DNA of 64,000 bases from Candidatus Omnitrophota bacterium (GTDB lineage Bacteria > Omnitrophota > Gorgyraeia > Zapsychrales > Zapsychraceae): positions 93,327 to 157,326 of the forward strand of contig JACKFK010000005.1 of NCBI GenBank assembly GCA_020632515.1, read 5' to 3'. The position numbers were made by a program, and so were the translations under genes. The notes under the pieces are model-generated. The model was not told the origin of the DNA, ran no database searches, and worked only from the letters and a program-made list of their open reading frames with translations. Positions 49,296 through 58,092 of the stretch are shown here, one piece after another. Numbering within the stretch: position 1 is the stretch's first letter; each line of letters opens with the position of its first letter.

Positions 49296-50912
49296 TTATC
49301 TTCTTTTTAGAATTTTAACACCATGGTTCCATGCCCAGCCAGGATTAGGATTGTTCCAGTCTCCAAATTGTGTGACTGTCTCAAAATGATCTTCAATATA
49401 TTTGAATAAGATTTTGCAATGGGTTTCACCAAAGAATCCCATATCCGTTTCTGGAGAACGATAACGATTAGAAAGGATAATCCATTGGAGATTGTTTTGT
49501 TCAAGCTCTGTGATAATCGATTGTTCTTGTTCCGGTGGGATCATGGAATGTTCAAAAAAATCAAGTTGGCGCGTGGCTCCATCGTGGTTTGTTAGAAAAT
49601 AATAAAGGGAAGAGTGGGGAAGCGCGAGGATTTTATCATTGGCAGGAACATGTTGATTAATAAAGTCGCATGTTTGATGAACAGTTTGAAACCACTCAGG
49701 GGCTTGGGATGTGTAGATTTGATTTTTTCCAACGTTAAGCATAGTCGAGGGATGTTTGAAGCCATTAATGTAACGGGTTAGCGCGCAGGTGTGATAGAAA
49801 GAAACAGTAAAAAGCGTGATTATGCATAACCCTTTAATTAGGGGGGAGAAAATTTTTTCAGAGCTAAACTCCATAAAGTAATGAATGAGGAAGAAGATAA
49901 TTATGATGAAGATCGGTTTACCCCAATTGATTCGAAAAGTAATTCCACTTAAGAGAAATTCGTGGAGAGAAAAAAGGGAAAACATTAACAACGATGTGAA
50001 GATAAGGATTAATTCTGTACGTTTATTTGTATCAATTTTTTTTGTTATTAGTAAGTAAAAAAGTTTTACGACCGTAATACAGAGGATACCTGCCAGCAGT
50101 TTGCTTTTCCATGTGCGTAGAAAATTTTCAGCAAAGGCATCGCCGATACGGGCTAGAATCGGCCAAATGCTCGTGGAGGTGCTTTCTGCATGACGAACAA
50201 TTAAATAAGGAAAACTTTGGTTGAGCGCGTATTTGGGTAATGAATGGGCAGCCAGCCAATACGCGAAGAATGAAGTCGCAATAATGAATAAAGATAAAAG
50301 CATGCTTGTGATGAACGATGTCTTCAGACGAGGAGATTTTTTTAAAAAGTCTGTTAATAAAAGGCCGAAAATAAAGCAAAAAAGGGAAGTTATTCCTAAG
50401 TTTGGCCGGACTAACAGCAAAAGGAAAAGACTTATAAATCCAAAAATTATAAATTTTTGTTTTTGGTTTTTAATATAGCAAAAAAGGAAATAAATAGTAG
50501 CGAGCAAAACCACAATGCCGCCGGCATGATGATAGCTGTAAAAGAAATCGTAGCCGCGAAAAATCCAATACCACGAAGCGCAAACGAGCGCTAATTCTGC
50601 TGTTATAAATACATTGCATATTAAGAAGATTAATATGCCAGAAAGTAAGATTAAAATGTTTTGTCCCAACAGAGCGGTATTGATAGAAACGCCGAAAATC
50701 TTAAAAAATGTGCTGTAATAGTGAGGCATCAGTAATCCGTACATCCAGGAGAAATCTTTATAGACAGCTGCGCCATCCATTGTTTTTTTAAATGCGTAAA
50801 GTTCTCGGCCGTGGTCTCCAGGTGAGAGGAAATATTGAAAGTCTAGTAAGGGAGAAAGGATTAGAATCCCGCAGGCCAGGGTAAGTAAAAGGTAAATGAT
50901 TTTTTTGAACAT
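49296..50912 (-). CDS. Polytopic membrane protein with a C-terminal soluble domain (possible GT-C-type glycosyl/lipid transferase)
   Basis: 538 aa with at least 10 predicted hydrophobic helices, then a roughly 150-aa soluble tail. The functional call comes only from the architecture and the neighbouring GT2 gene. Confidence 0.5.
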   Translation of the reverse strand: MFKKIIYLLLTLACGILILSPLLDFQYFLSPGDHGRELYAFKKTMDGAAVYKDFSWMYGLLMPHYYSTFFKIFGVSINTALLGQNILILLSGILIFLICNVFITAELALVCASWYWIFRGYDFFYSYHHAGGIVVLLATIYFLFCYIKNQKQKFIIFGFISLFLLLLVRPNLGITSLFCFIFGLLLTDFLKKSPRLKTSFITSMLLSLFIIATSFFAYWLAAHSLPKYALNQSFPYLIVRHAESTSTSIWPILARIGDAFAENFLRTWKSKLLAGILCITVVKLFYLLITKKIDTNKRTELILIFTSLLMFSLFSLHEFLLSGITFRINWGKPIFIIIIFFLIHYFMEFSSEKIFSPLIKGLCIITLFTVSFYHTCALTRYINGFKHPSTMLNVGKNQIYTSQAPEWFQTVHQTCDFINQHVPANDKILALPHSSLYYFLTNHDGATRQLDFFEHSMIPPEQEQSIITELEQNNLQWIILSNRYRSPETDMGFFGETHCKILFKYIEDHFETVTQFGDWNNPNPGWAWNHGVKILKRR

Positions 50913-51081
50913 GGTGACAGTCTAACATAGATCCAAACTTAGAAATAGCTCTTTACATAATATTTCTTAAAAGAGAATATAATTGCAGAGGATGTGAGTT
51001 TTTTATCTATTTCAGGTGCTATGTGATATTATATTGGTTCAAAGAAATGATGATTAACAAAGAATTTAACAGGAGCTGGAT

Positions 51082-51402
51082 ATGATTACCATTGAAGAAT
51101 TTATGAAATGTGAATTTGTAGTCGCGCGGGTTATAGAAGCAAAGGAACATCCTAATGCGGACAAATTATTGGTTTTGAAAGTTGATGTTGGTGGAGAGGA
51201 GCGTCAATTGGTGGCGGGTATTCGTAAGTCATACGCGCCGGAAAATTTGATTGGCCGAAGGATTGTAATGGTTAAAAATTTGCAGCCAGCCGTAATCCGG
51301 GGAGAAGAATCTCAGGGGATGATCCTAGCGGCCTCGGATGAAGACGGTGTTTCCATTTTGCAGCCGGATCGAGAGGTTAAAATCGGCGCCCGGATTAAGT
51401 AA
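51082..51402 (+). CDS. tRNA-binding domain protein (CsaA/Trbp111-like, MetRS C-terminal-domain homologue)
   Basis: 106 aa. ..FVVARVIEAKEHPNADKLLVLKVDVGGEERQLVAGI...L.G..IV.V.NL.P....G..S.GMILAA, an OB-fold tRNA-binding signature. Confidence 0.85.
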   Translation: MITIEEFMKCEFVVARVIEAKEHPNADKLLVLKVDVGGEERQLVAGIRKSYAPENLIGRRIVMVKNLQPAVIRGEESQGMILAASDEDGVSILQPDREVKIGARIK

Positions 51403-51415
51403 AGGAAACAAAAAG

Positions 51416-51832
51416 ATGAAAGTTAAAACTGAATATTTAAAACTTTCGACAGAAGGACACGCCGATATTTTTGATATCACGGAAAGAATTGAAAAAGCTC
51501 TAAAAAATGGAAAGTTTTCGAATGGAATTGTGAATGTCAGTGTCATTGGATCAACTGGCGCGATTACGACCTGTGAATTTGAGCCAGGACTTGTGCAAGA
51601 TATTAAGGAAATTTTTGACAGATTAATTCCAGCCGGAAATTATCACCATGATCAGGCGTGGGGCGATGGTAACGGTCATTCTCACTTAAGATCATCTCTG
51701 GTTGGTCCGTCGTTAACCATTCCTTTTGCGAACAATAAATTAATTCTTGGAACATGGCAGCAAGTGATTTTTATTGATTTTGATAATCGCCCGCGGCAGC
51801 GAGAAATTGTGCTTCAGTTTTTAGGAGAATAA
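51416..51832 (+). CDS. YjbQ/UPF0047 family protein (secondary thiamine-phosphate synthase-like), copy 1
   Basis: ATG 51416 (MKVKTEYLKLSTEG..) with AAAGGAAAC upstream is preferred over the track start 51338, which overlaps the previous gene. H.H...GDGNGHSHLRSSL.G.SLTIP and GTWQ.. motifs. Confidence 0.85.
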   Translation: MKVKTEYLKLSTEGHADIFDITERIEKALKNGKFSNGIVNVSVIGSTGAITTCEFEPGLVQDIKEIFDRLIPAGNYHHDQAWGDGNGHSHLRSSLVGPSLTIPFANNKLILGTWQQVIFIDFDNRPRQREIVLQFLGE

Positions 51833-51835
51833 TAA

Positions 51836-52369
51836 ATGGTTTTTGCTGATATACCGCAGTTTGTTGAACAGAAAGTGTGTCTTTCCTGTGATGGTTGCTG
51901 CCGTTTTAGTGACGACAAGACTTTATGGAGGCCAAAAGTTTTTCCAACTGAAATTAAAGAGCTAAATAAACAAGAAACGATAGGTAAAGAAGGTTTTACG
52001 CAGGACGGATATTTAAAAACGATTGCCCATGAGCAATATCATCGCTGTACTTTTTTTAATTGTAAAGATAATACCTGCCAAATTTATTTTAATCGGCCGT
52101 TTGAATGTCAAATATATCCGGTTATTTTACATCAGCATAATCGGCGGATTTATGTTTGTGTGCATTTAAGTTGCCCATATATTTTAGAACATCATGGCAC
52201 GAAAAAGTTTGAACAATATAAGGAAGACCTTCGTCGGTATTTCTTTGATGATAATATTTATTCATTTTTGCGTGCGAATGCCTCATCGATGGGAGATTAT
52301 TCAGTTTTTAGTGATGAGCTAGAGATTTTATTTGAACTTCAAAAGGAATGTGAGCAAGATGGCTGTTGA
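51836..52369 (+). CDS. YkgJ-family cysteine-cluster (CxxCxxCC) protein
   Basis: 177 aa. CLSCDGCCRF near the N-terminus plus a second cluster C..F...DNTCQIY..RP.ECQIYP. Confidence 0.75.
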   Translation: MVFADIPQFVEQKVCLSCDGCCRFSDDKTLWRPKVFPTEIKELNKQETIGKEGFTQDGYLKTIAHEQYHRCTFFNCKDNTCQIYFNRPFECQIYPVILHQHNRRIYVCVHLSCPYILEHHGTKKFEQYKEDLRRYFFDDNIYSFLRANASSMGDYSVFSDELEILFELQKECEQDGC

Positions 52370-53252
52370 ATTGTTGGATAGAAAGAGTGAATTCGACGAA
52401 TATCTGCAAGAAAATGATGAAACCCTGTCAGCTTTTAATTTTACTAATATTTTTGTCTGGAAAGATTTTTTTACGTTTGAATTTAAGGTTTTAGATGGAA
52501 ATCTGTGTGTGTTTGCCCGGGATCAAATAGGATGTTTTCTCTATTTGCCGCCGTTAGGGCAGACCATTTCTCCGTTGGCTGTTGAGCAGAGTTTTGCGTA
52601 TATGGAGCGTGTTAACCAGGGAAGTGGTGTTTCACGAATAGAGAATGTGAGTCTAAAACAATTAAATAATTTTCCTGAGACTAACTATAAATATTTTCAG
52701 AAGGCTTATGAATATTTGTATTACCGTAAAGATTTGGCGGGTTTAGCAGGTAATGTTTATAAGTCCAAACGCTGGCTTTTGAATAATTTTCAAAAGAATA
52801 ATGAATACAGTTTTGTGTCATACTCTCCGCAGTATCAAGAAGATTGTTTGAGGTTGTTTGATCAATGGGCGCAAGAACGAACGGAAAAGTGTAGCGATGA
52901 TATTTATCAACATATGTTGAAAGAAAACCGTAATGTTCATCGGTTGATATTACAATTTGCTGATCAATTAGGATTAGTGGGTCGCGTCATTATGATTAAT
53001 AGAAAAATTGCAGCGTATAGTTTTGGTGTGGAAATTAATCGCGATACTTTCTGTGTATTAGTTGAGGTAACGGATTTAAATGTTAAAGGACTTTCTGTCG
53101 GGATTTTTCATCATCTGTGTAATGACCCCCAACTAGCTTCGTATAAATTTATTAATGTTATGGATGATTTCGAATTAGAAAACATTCAATGGACAAAAAA
53201 TTCGTTTCGACCAATTATTATGATGCCGTCTTATTCGGTTTCGAGAAAATAG
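52359..53252 (+). CDS. DUF2156 (lysyl-PG-synthase C-terminal-domain-like, GNAT-fold) protein
   Basis: ..LSAFNFTNIFVWKDFF.FEFKVLDGNLCVFA.. N-terminal pattern and overall size match stand-alone DUF2156 proteins as I remember them. The start is ATG 52359 or TTG 52332. Either one overlaps the YkgJ gene. Confidence 0.6.
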   Translation: MAVELLDRKSEFDEYLQENDETLSAFNFTNIFVWKDFFTFEFKVLDGNLCVFARDQIGCFLYLPPLGQTISPLAVEQSFAYMERVNQGSGVSRIENVSLKQLNNFPETNYKYFQKAYEYLYYRKDLAGLAGNVYKSKRWLLNNFQKNNEYSFVSYSPQYQEDCLRLFDQWAQERTEKCSDDIYQHMLKENRNVHRLILQFADQLGLVGRVIMINRKIAAYSFGVEINRDTFCVLVEVTDLNVKGLSVGIFHHLCNDPQLASYKFINVMDDFELENIQWTKNSFRPIIMMPSYSVSRK

Positions 53253-53255
53253 ATT

Positions 53256-54062
53256 ATGAAATCAATTTTAGATAAAACATTTTTAGTTTTTGACGTGGAA
53301 ACAACAGGGTTAGCTCCGCAATTAGGCGACCGGATGGTTGAAATTGCTTTGATTCAATTTAGGAATGGAAAAATTATGCGGAAGTTTGAGACATTAATTA
53401 ATCCACAACGGCCAATGTCTTATAGTGCGTATTTAGTTCATGGGATTTCTGACGATATGCTTAAAGACGCACCAACGTCACAAGAAATTTTGCCTTCTTT
53501 ATACGAATGGTTTCAGGAATCGTATGTGGTAGGGCATAACGTAAAATTTGATTTAAAATTTTTAAATCATGAATATGCTTTAGCAGGGTATGAACAAGTG
53601 GAACACGATTGTACAATTGATACGATTAAAATGGCCAGAGGTTTTATGCCGCAATTAAAGAAATTCTCGTTAGAAAGAGTGGCAAATCATTTAGGCGTTA
53701 ATGCCCGTCAATGTCATCGCGCTATGTCTGATGTAGAGATGACACATGAAGTGTTTTCTCAATTGTTAGAAGAAGCCCGTCAACGAAATCTTCATGTTGA
53801 AGAGAAGTTTTTAAATTTGTTTGGTAAAAAACGTGTTGTAAGACAAAAGAAAAGAGAGAAGTTAAAGTTGATCGAAAACGCGATCGAAAAAAAGGAAACC
53901 CTGCACCTATTATATTCAGGCAGTGTCAGCGGCACCATGTTCAGGAAAGTTTCTCCTTTGAAAATTATTGGAAAAGGGCGGCAGGCTGTTTTATCGGGGC
54001 ATTGTCATCTGCGAGAGCAAGAAAGAAATTTTATAATAGATAAGATTGTTGAGCTTGGTTAA
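53256..54062 (+). CDS. DEDDh 3'-5' exonuclease (DnaQ/epsilon-like) fused to a C-terminal WYL-like domain
   Basis: ExoI FDVETTGL, ExoII GHNVKFDLKFL, ExoIII HRAMSDVEM. The C-terminal roughly 75 aa (LHLLYSG....FRKVSPLKII..G...LSGHCHLREQERNFIIDKI) follows the WYL-domain pattern. Confidence 0.8.
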   Translation: MKSILDKTFLVFDVETTGLAPQLGDRMVEIALIQFRNGKIMRKFETLINPQRPMSYSAYLVHGISDDMLKDAPTSQEILPSLYEWFQESYVVGHNVKFDLKFLNHEYALAGYEQVEHDCTIDTIKMARGFMPQLKKFSLERVANHLGVNARQCHRAMSDVEMTHEVFSQLLEEARQRNLHVEEKFLNLFGKKRVVRQKKREKLKLIENAIEKKETLHLLYSGSVSGTMFRKVSPLKIIGKGRQAVLSGHCHLREQERNFIIDKIVELG

Positions 54063-54065
54063 TTT

Positions 54066-55475
54066 ATGAAAATGTATTGGTTTAAAAGTTATCCCTATAA
54101 TGGCAATTTTTATCGATTGATAAAAAATTTTTATGATGAGAAAAATTTTTTTGTGTTGGAGAGCAGTTTATTAGACAAAGATCGTGGGCGGTATAGTTAT
54201 TTGGGGTTTGATCCTTTTCATGTTTTTTCTCAAAATGGAAAAAATGCTTTAATCACTTTGGAAAAAGAGGTTAAACCGTTTTCTGACTTTTGCGAAATGT
54301 GTGAAAACATATCTTTGCCGGGTATTGTTGGATATTTAGGGTATAACTTTGGGTTAAAACAAGAAAACATTCCAGCCAGGGATAAGGATTCCGTGCCGGA
54401 TACATGGTTTGGTTTTTATGATTGTGTGTTGAAGATAGATCATTTCTTGAAGAAGCTTTATGTCTACTCTTCGGGTTTCCCGGAACAAAAAGAAGATCTG
54501 AGAGAGAAAAGGGCGTGGAGTCGTATAAATTATGTTGAACATAAATTAAAGAATATAAAAAATTATGCTGATGATCTTTCTTCCTCGACAATTGTCAGGG
54601 AAGGTTTTGAAACTGGCGAGGCTTTGCCGATTAGTAATTTTAACCGGGAGGAGTATTGTAGCGCGGTAAACAAGATTCTCCGTTATATTCAAGAAGGAGA
54701 TGTTTATCAAGTTAATCTTGCCCAAAAGTTTGTTCTGGATGCATCGTTGGATAAAAAGGAAATCGTGTATTTGTATCAATTGTTACAACAATTATCTCCA
54801 GGATGTTTTGGAGGGTTTTTGGACGCGGGGGATTTCCAGGTCCTTAGCAGTTCACCAGAACGCTTTTTTAAGATCGAAGGGAAACGAATCCAGGCTCGAC
54901 CGATGAAAGGAACCCGCCCTCGTGGTAAGTCGTTAATAGAAGATCAAGACTTAAAGACGCAGTTAATATCGAGTGAAAAAGATAAGGCGGAGCTTTTGAT
55001 GATTACAGATTTAATGCGTAATGATTTAGGGCGTGTTTGTCGATATGGATCGGTTAAAGTGAAAGATTTAAGAGTTCTGGAAGAATATAAAACAGTCTAT
55101 CAAACGACTTCTTGTGTTGAAGGAATTTTAGAAGAAAAACAAACTTGTTTTGAGGTTCTCAAGCAATGCTTTCCTGGAGGATCGATAACAGGATGTCCTA
55201 AAATCAGAGCCATGGAAATTATTGAAGAATTGGAACCCGCCGCTAGAGATTTGTATACAGGATGTTTTGGGTATATCAGTTTTAATGGAGACGCGGATTT
55301 TAACATTTTAATTCGGACAATACTTGCTTCACCTAATCAATTAACTTTCCACGTTGGCAGCGGTGTTGTTGCTGATTCAAGGCCAGAGATAGAATATCAG
55401 GAATCTTTAGTTAAAGCTAAAGCGATGATGGCGGCCGTGACACGCGCGATAACGCGGAAACCTATCCATATTTAA
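54066..55475 (+). CDS. pabB: Aminodeoxychorismate synthase component I (chorismate-binding enzyme)
   Basis: ..GDVYQVNL..SSSPERF....RPMKGT.PRG........L..S.K..AE.LMI.DL.RND......GS..V........Y..V.Q..S...G......FPGGSITG.PK..AMEII..LE...R..Y.G..GY chorismate-utilising enzyme blocks. Followed by pabC. Confidence 0.85.
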   Translation: MKMYWFKSYPYNGNFYRLIKNFYDEKNFFVLESSLLDKDRGRYSYLGFDPFHVFSQNGKNALITLEKEVKPFSDFCEMCENISLPGIVGYLGYNFGLKQENIPARDKDSVPDTWFGFYDCVLKIDHFLKKLYVYSSGFPEQKEDLREKRAWSRINYVEHKLKNIKNYADDLSSSTIVREGFETGEALPISNFNREEYCSAVNKILRYIQEGDVYQVNLAQKFVLDASLDKKEIVYLYQLLQQLSPGCFGGFLDAGDFQVLSSSPERFFKIEGKRIQARPMKGTRPRGKSLIEDQDLKTQLISSEKDKAELLMITDLMRNDLGRVCRYGSVKVKDLRVLEEYKTVYQTTSCVEGILEEKQTCFEVLKQCFPGGSITGCPKIRAMEIIEELEPAARDLYTGCFGYISFNGDADFNILIRTILASPNQLTFHVGSGVVADSRPEIEYQESLVKAKAMMAAVTRAITRKPIHI

Positions 55476-55486
55476 ATTTTTTCTTT

Positions 55487-56320
55487 ATGCGAAAGCCAAT
55501 TATTTTTTTAAACGGAAAATTTATTAAGGTAAAGGTATCGTTTGTGGATTTTCTTGTTCCTGGACAAATTGAGGGGCGGGGAGTTTTTGAAACTATGAAG
55601 GTGGATAGTCTCGGTATTTTGGCATGGCCGCGACATTATCAGCGTCTTAAAAAGGGATGTTTATTTTATCGAATGAAAGCAATCCCTGTTCAAAAGGAAT
55701 TTCAAAATATTATTAAAAAAATTTTACAAATGAATGAATTACGTTTCGCGAGAGTGCGGATAATGATTTTTGAGCAGCGAGATGTTCAGTATGTTTCTTT
55801 AACGGCTTTACCGATAAAAACAATTGCTGCGAAAAAATATCAACAGGGATTTAAAGTGAGTGTTGAACAAATGCCAGAGCGAAAAAAGCAACCAGCTTAT
55901 TTAAAATCTCTAGACTATCATGCTTTTCGAGAAGCTTATCAATCCGCGCGAAATCAAGGATTTGACGAAGCTGTTTTAACAAACTCTCAAAAACAAATAG
56001 TAGAAGGAACCCGTTCCAATATTTTCTTTGTTAAAGCAGACACCGTTTACACACCGTCGTTAACAAGTGGCTGTTTAGATGGGATTACACGGAATATAAT
56101 TTTAGGTTGTTTAAAGAAATTAAAAAGAAAATATGTGCAAAAACGAATTTACTTGAAAGAATTAAAAGCAGCCGATGAAATTTTTTTGACCAGCTCTGTT
56201 TTAGGCGTTATGCCGGTTACGCAAATTGAAAACAAGCGTATTTCTTCCGGGAGGATGGGCGAGATAACGCGCCAAATTTTTCTATCTTACAAAAAGATAA
56301 AACCTACTGTAATATTTTGA
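55487..56320 (+). CDS. pabC: Aminodeoxychorismate lyase / class-IV aminotransferase
   Basis: 277 aa fold-type IV PLP enzyme pattern (..GRGVFETM.., ..EGTRSNIFFV.., ..GITR..). Operon partner of pabB. Confidence 0.78.
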   Translation: MRKPIIFLNGKFIKVKVSFVDFLVPGQIEGRGVFETMKVDSLGILAWPRHYQRLKKGCLFYRMKAIPVQKEFQNIIKKILQMNELRFARVRIMIFEQRDVQYVSLTALPIKTIAAKKYQQGFKVSVEQMPERKKQPAYLKSLDYHAFREAYQSARNQGFDEAVLTNSQKQIVEGTRSNIFFVKADTVYTPSLTSGCLDGITRNIILGCLKKLKRKYVQKRIYLKELKAADEIFLTSSVLGVMPVTQIENKRISSGRMGEITRQIFLSYKKIKPTVIF

Positions 56321-56363
56321 TATTTTAATTGCCCCTTATATTTATATTCTATATAATTTTTAT

Positions 56364-57338
56364 ATGACTGATCGATTTGTGAAAATTAGCATATTATCTC
56401 TTGCCGCATTCTTTGTTAACCCCGTAATTGGTTTTACTGACGGACTTGTTTCCCGACAAGAAATGCAATCCTACCTTGAAGATAATCATATTGCTTCCCG
56501 GTATAATTCTTTGGACGGTTTAAAGGAAGAGGTTACTATTCTTCTTGATGAAAATAAAAAATTACAAGATCGATATTCTGTTATTCGGCAAGAAAGAGAT
56601 TCCTTGAAGAATTTAGTAAATCAATATAAACAACGGGTTATTGAAAGTCAGCGGCAATTTTTGTCAGTGGAAGATTCTTATCAAGATTTAGAAGGAAGTC
56701 TTTCCGATTTCACGATTGAAACCGACGAATTTGGCTCAAACAATGATGTGGGGGGTGAAGGGGCAACTTTGAAGCTGTTAAAGCTTAAGCTGGCTGACTT
56801 ACAATATACAAAAAAAGATTTGGAAATGGAGTTTAAGCTAACTAATTATTTAAAAACTAAGACGCAGAAATCATTAGCTGGATATAAAAAGGAATTAGAC
56901 TTAATTGTTCAGAAAGAGGAAATGATTAAGGGGCAGGTTTTAGCGATGCAAGATAAAATAAGCTTCCTTCCGCAGAAAATCAGTGTTTTAGAACGGGAAA
57001 ACGAAAAACTGCAAGAACAGATTGAGAAAGTCAAGATACGTAATAGTTTTAAAGAGCGCGAAGTAGCTTTAAAAAAGGATAAAAAGAAATTAGCTTTGCG
57101 ATCCAGCGAATATGGTTTTTCAGATAAGGAAAAAGTTAAAGAACAGCTTTTGGTTAGCGTCAATCAACTGCAATCGGAATATGATCAACTGCAGGAACGA
57201 TTAGAAAAATCTATGTCTAGTCAAGTGGAGAAGAAAAAGATTATTCAGAATGTGATCGAGCTTGATAAGGAAAACCAGGCGTTAAGAAATAAAATTTTGA
57301 ATTTAAAAGAGAAAATTGACAACTATCAGTATTTTTGA
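56364..57338 (+). CDS. Secreted/anchored coiled-coil protein
   Basis: 324 aa. N-terminal hydrophobic segment ISILSLAAFFVNPVIGF, then near-continuous heptad-rich Glu/Lys/Leu/Gln sequence. No catalytic motif. Confidence 0.6.
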   Translation: MTDRFVKISILSLAAFFVNPVIGFTDGLVSRQEMQSYLEDNHIASRYNSLDGLKEEVTILLDENKKLQDRYSVIRQERDSLKNLVNQYKQRVIESQRQFLSVEDSYQDLEGSLSDFTIETDEFGSNNDVGGEGATLKLLKLKLADLQYTKKDLEMEFKLTNYLKTKTQKSLAGYKKELDLIVQKEEMIKGQVLAMQDKISFLPQKISVLERENEKLQEQIEKVKIRNSFKEREVALKKDKKKLALRSSEYGFSDKEKVKEQLLVSVNQLQSEYDQLQERLEKSMSSQVEKKKIIQNVIELDKENQALRNKILNLKEKIDNYQYF

Positions 57339-57473
57339 CGTAGAAAGATGTTTCTTTAATCGCATTACAAATTGAATAAGTTATTAGAAAGTATCTCTGA
57401 CTGATTTACTAAAGAAAAGATGAATTGAATTCAACGTTTCACATTAAAATGAGTGATTTCTCAAAGACTAGTC

Positions 57474-57499
57474 CCAATCCTTTTAGGATTGGCTTTTTT
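57474..57499 (+). terminator. Rho-independent terminator
   Basis: 7-bp stem CCAATCC / GGATTGG with a 5-nt loop, followed by CTTTTTTG. Confidence 0.7.
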
Positions 57500-57561
57500 G
57501 TTTAAAATAATATAAAATAGGAACTTAAAAATTTTAATTTTTATTTAAGAGGGGATCAGGT

Positions 57562-58047
57562 ATGGATGAAATTTTAGAAATACTTTCCAATGATGCGCGA
57601 ATTACGGCGGAAGAACTCGCCAAATTAACCGGAAAATCTTTGGATTCAGTGAAAAAAACTATCGAAAAATATGAAAAAAACGGCGTGATCGTTAAATATA
57701 AAACGTTAATTAATCATGATTTAGTACGTGACGCGAATTCATTTGTGCGGGCATTAATCGAGGTTAGCGTAACGCCACAAAAAGATGTTGGGTTTGATTC
57801 CATTGCTGAACGGATTTATAGTTTTCCAGAGGTGACCAGTTGTTATTTAGTGTCAGGGAGTTATGATCTTCTGGTGGTTGTGGAAGGAGAAAATATTCAA
57901 ACCGTTTCCAATTTTGTAGCATCGAAATTGTCGTCATTGGATCAAATTCGCTCAACCACTACACACTTTTTATTAAAAAAATATAAGGAAGATGGTCAAA
58001 TATTGAAGAAAACGGAAGAAGGTAATCGTTTAAAAATATCATATTAA
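57562..58047 (+). CDS. Lrp/AsnC-family transcriptional regulator
   Basis: 161 aa. N-terminal HTH (ILEILSNDARITAEELAKLTGKSLDSVKKTI) and a C-terminal RAM/ACT-like domain. Confidence 0.88.
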   Translation: MDEILEILSNDARITAEELAKLTGKSLDSVKKTIEKYEKNGVIVKYKTLINHDLVRDANSFVRALIEVSVTPQKDVGFDSIAERIYSFPEVTSCYLVSGSYDLLVVVEGENIQTVSNFVASKLSSLDQIRSTTTHFLLKKYKEDGQILKKTEEGNRLKISY

Positions 58048-58092
58048 ATTGAAAAATAAACAGAGCATTTTATAAATTAATGACAGGAATAT

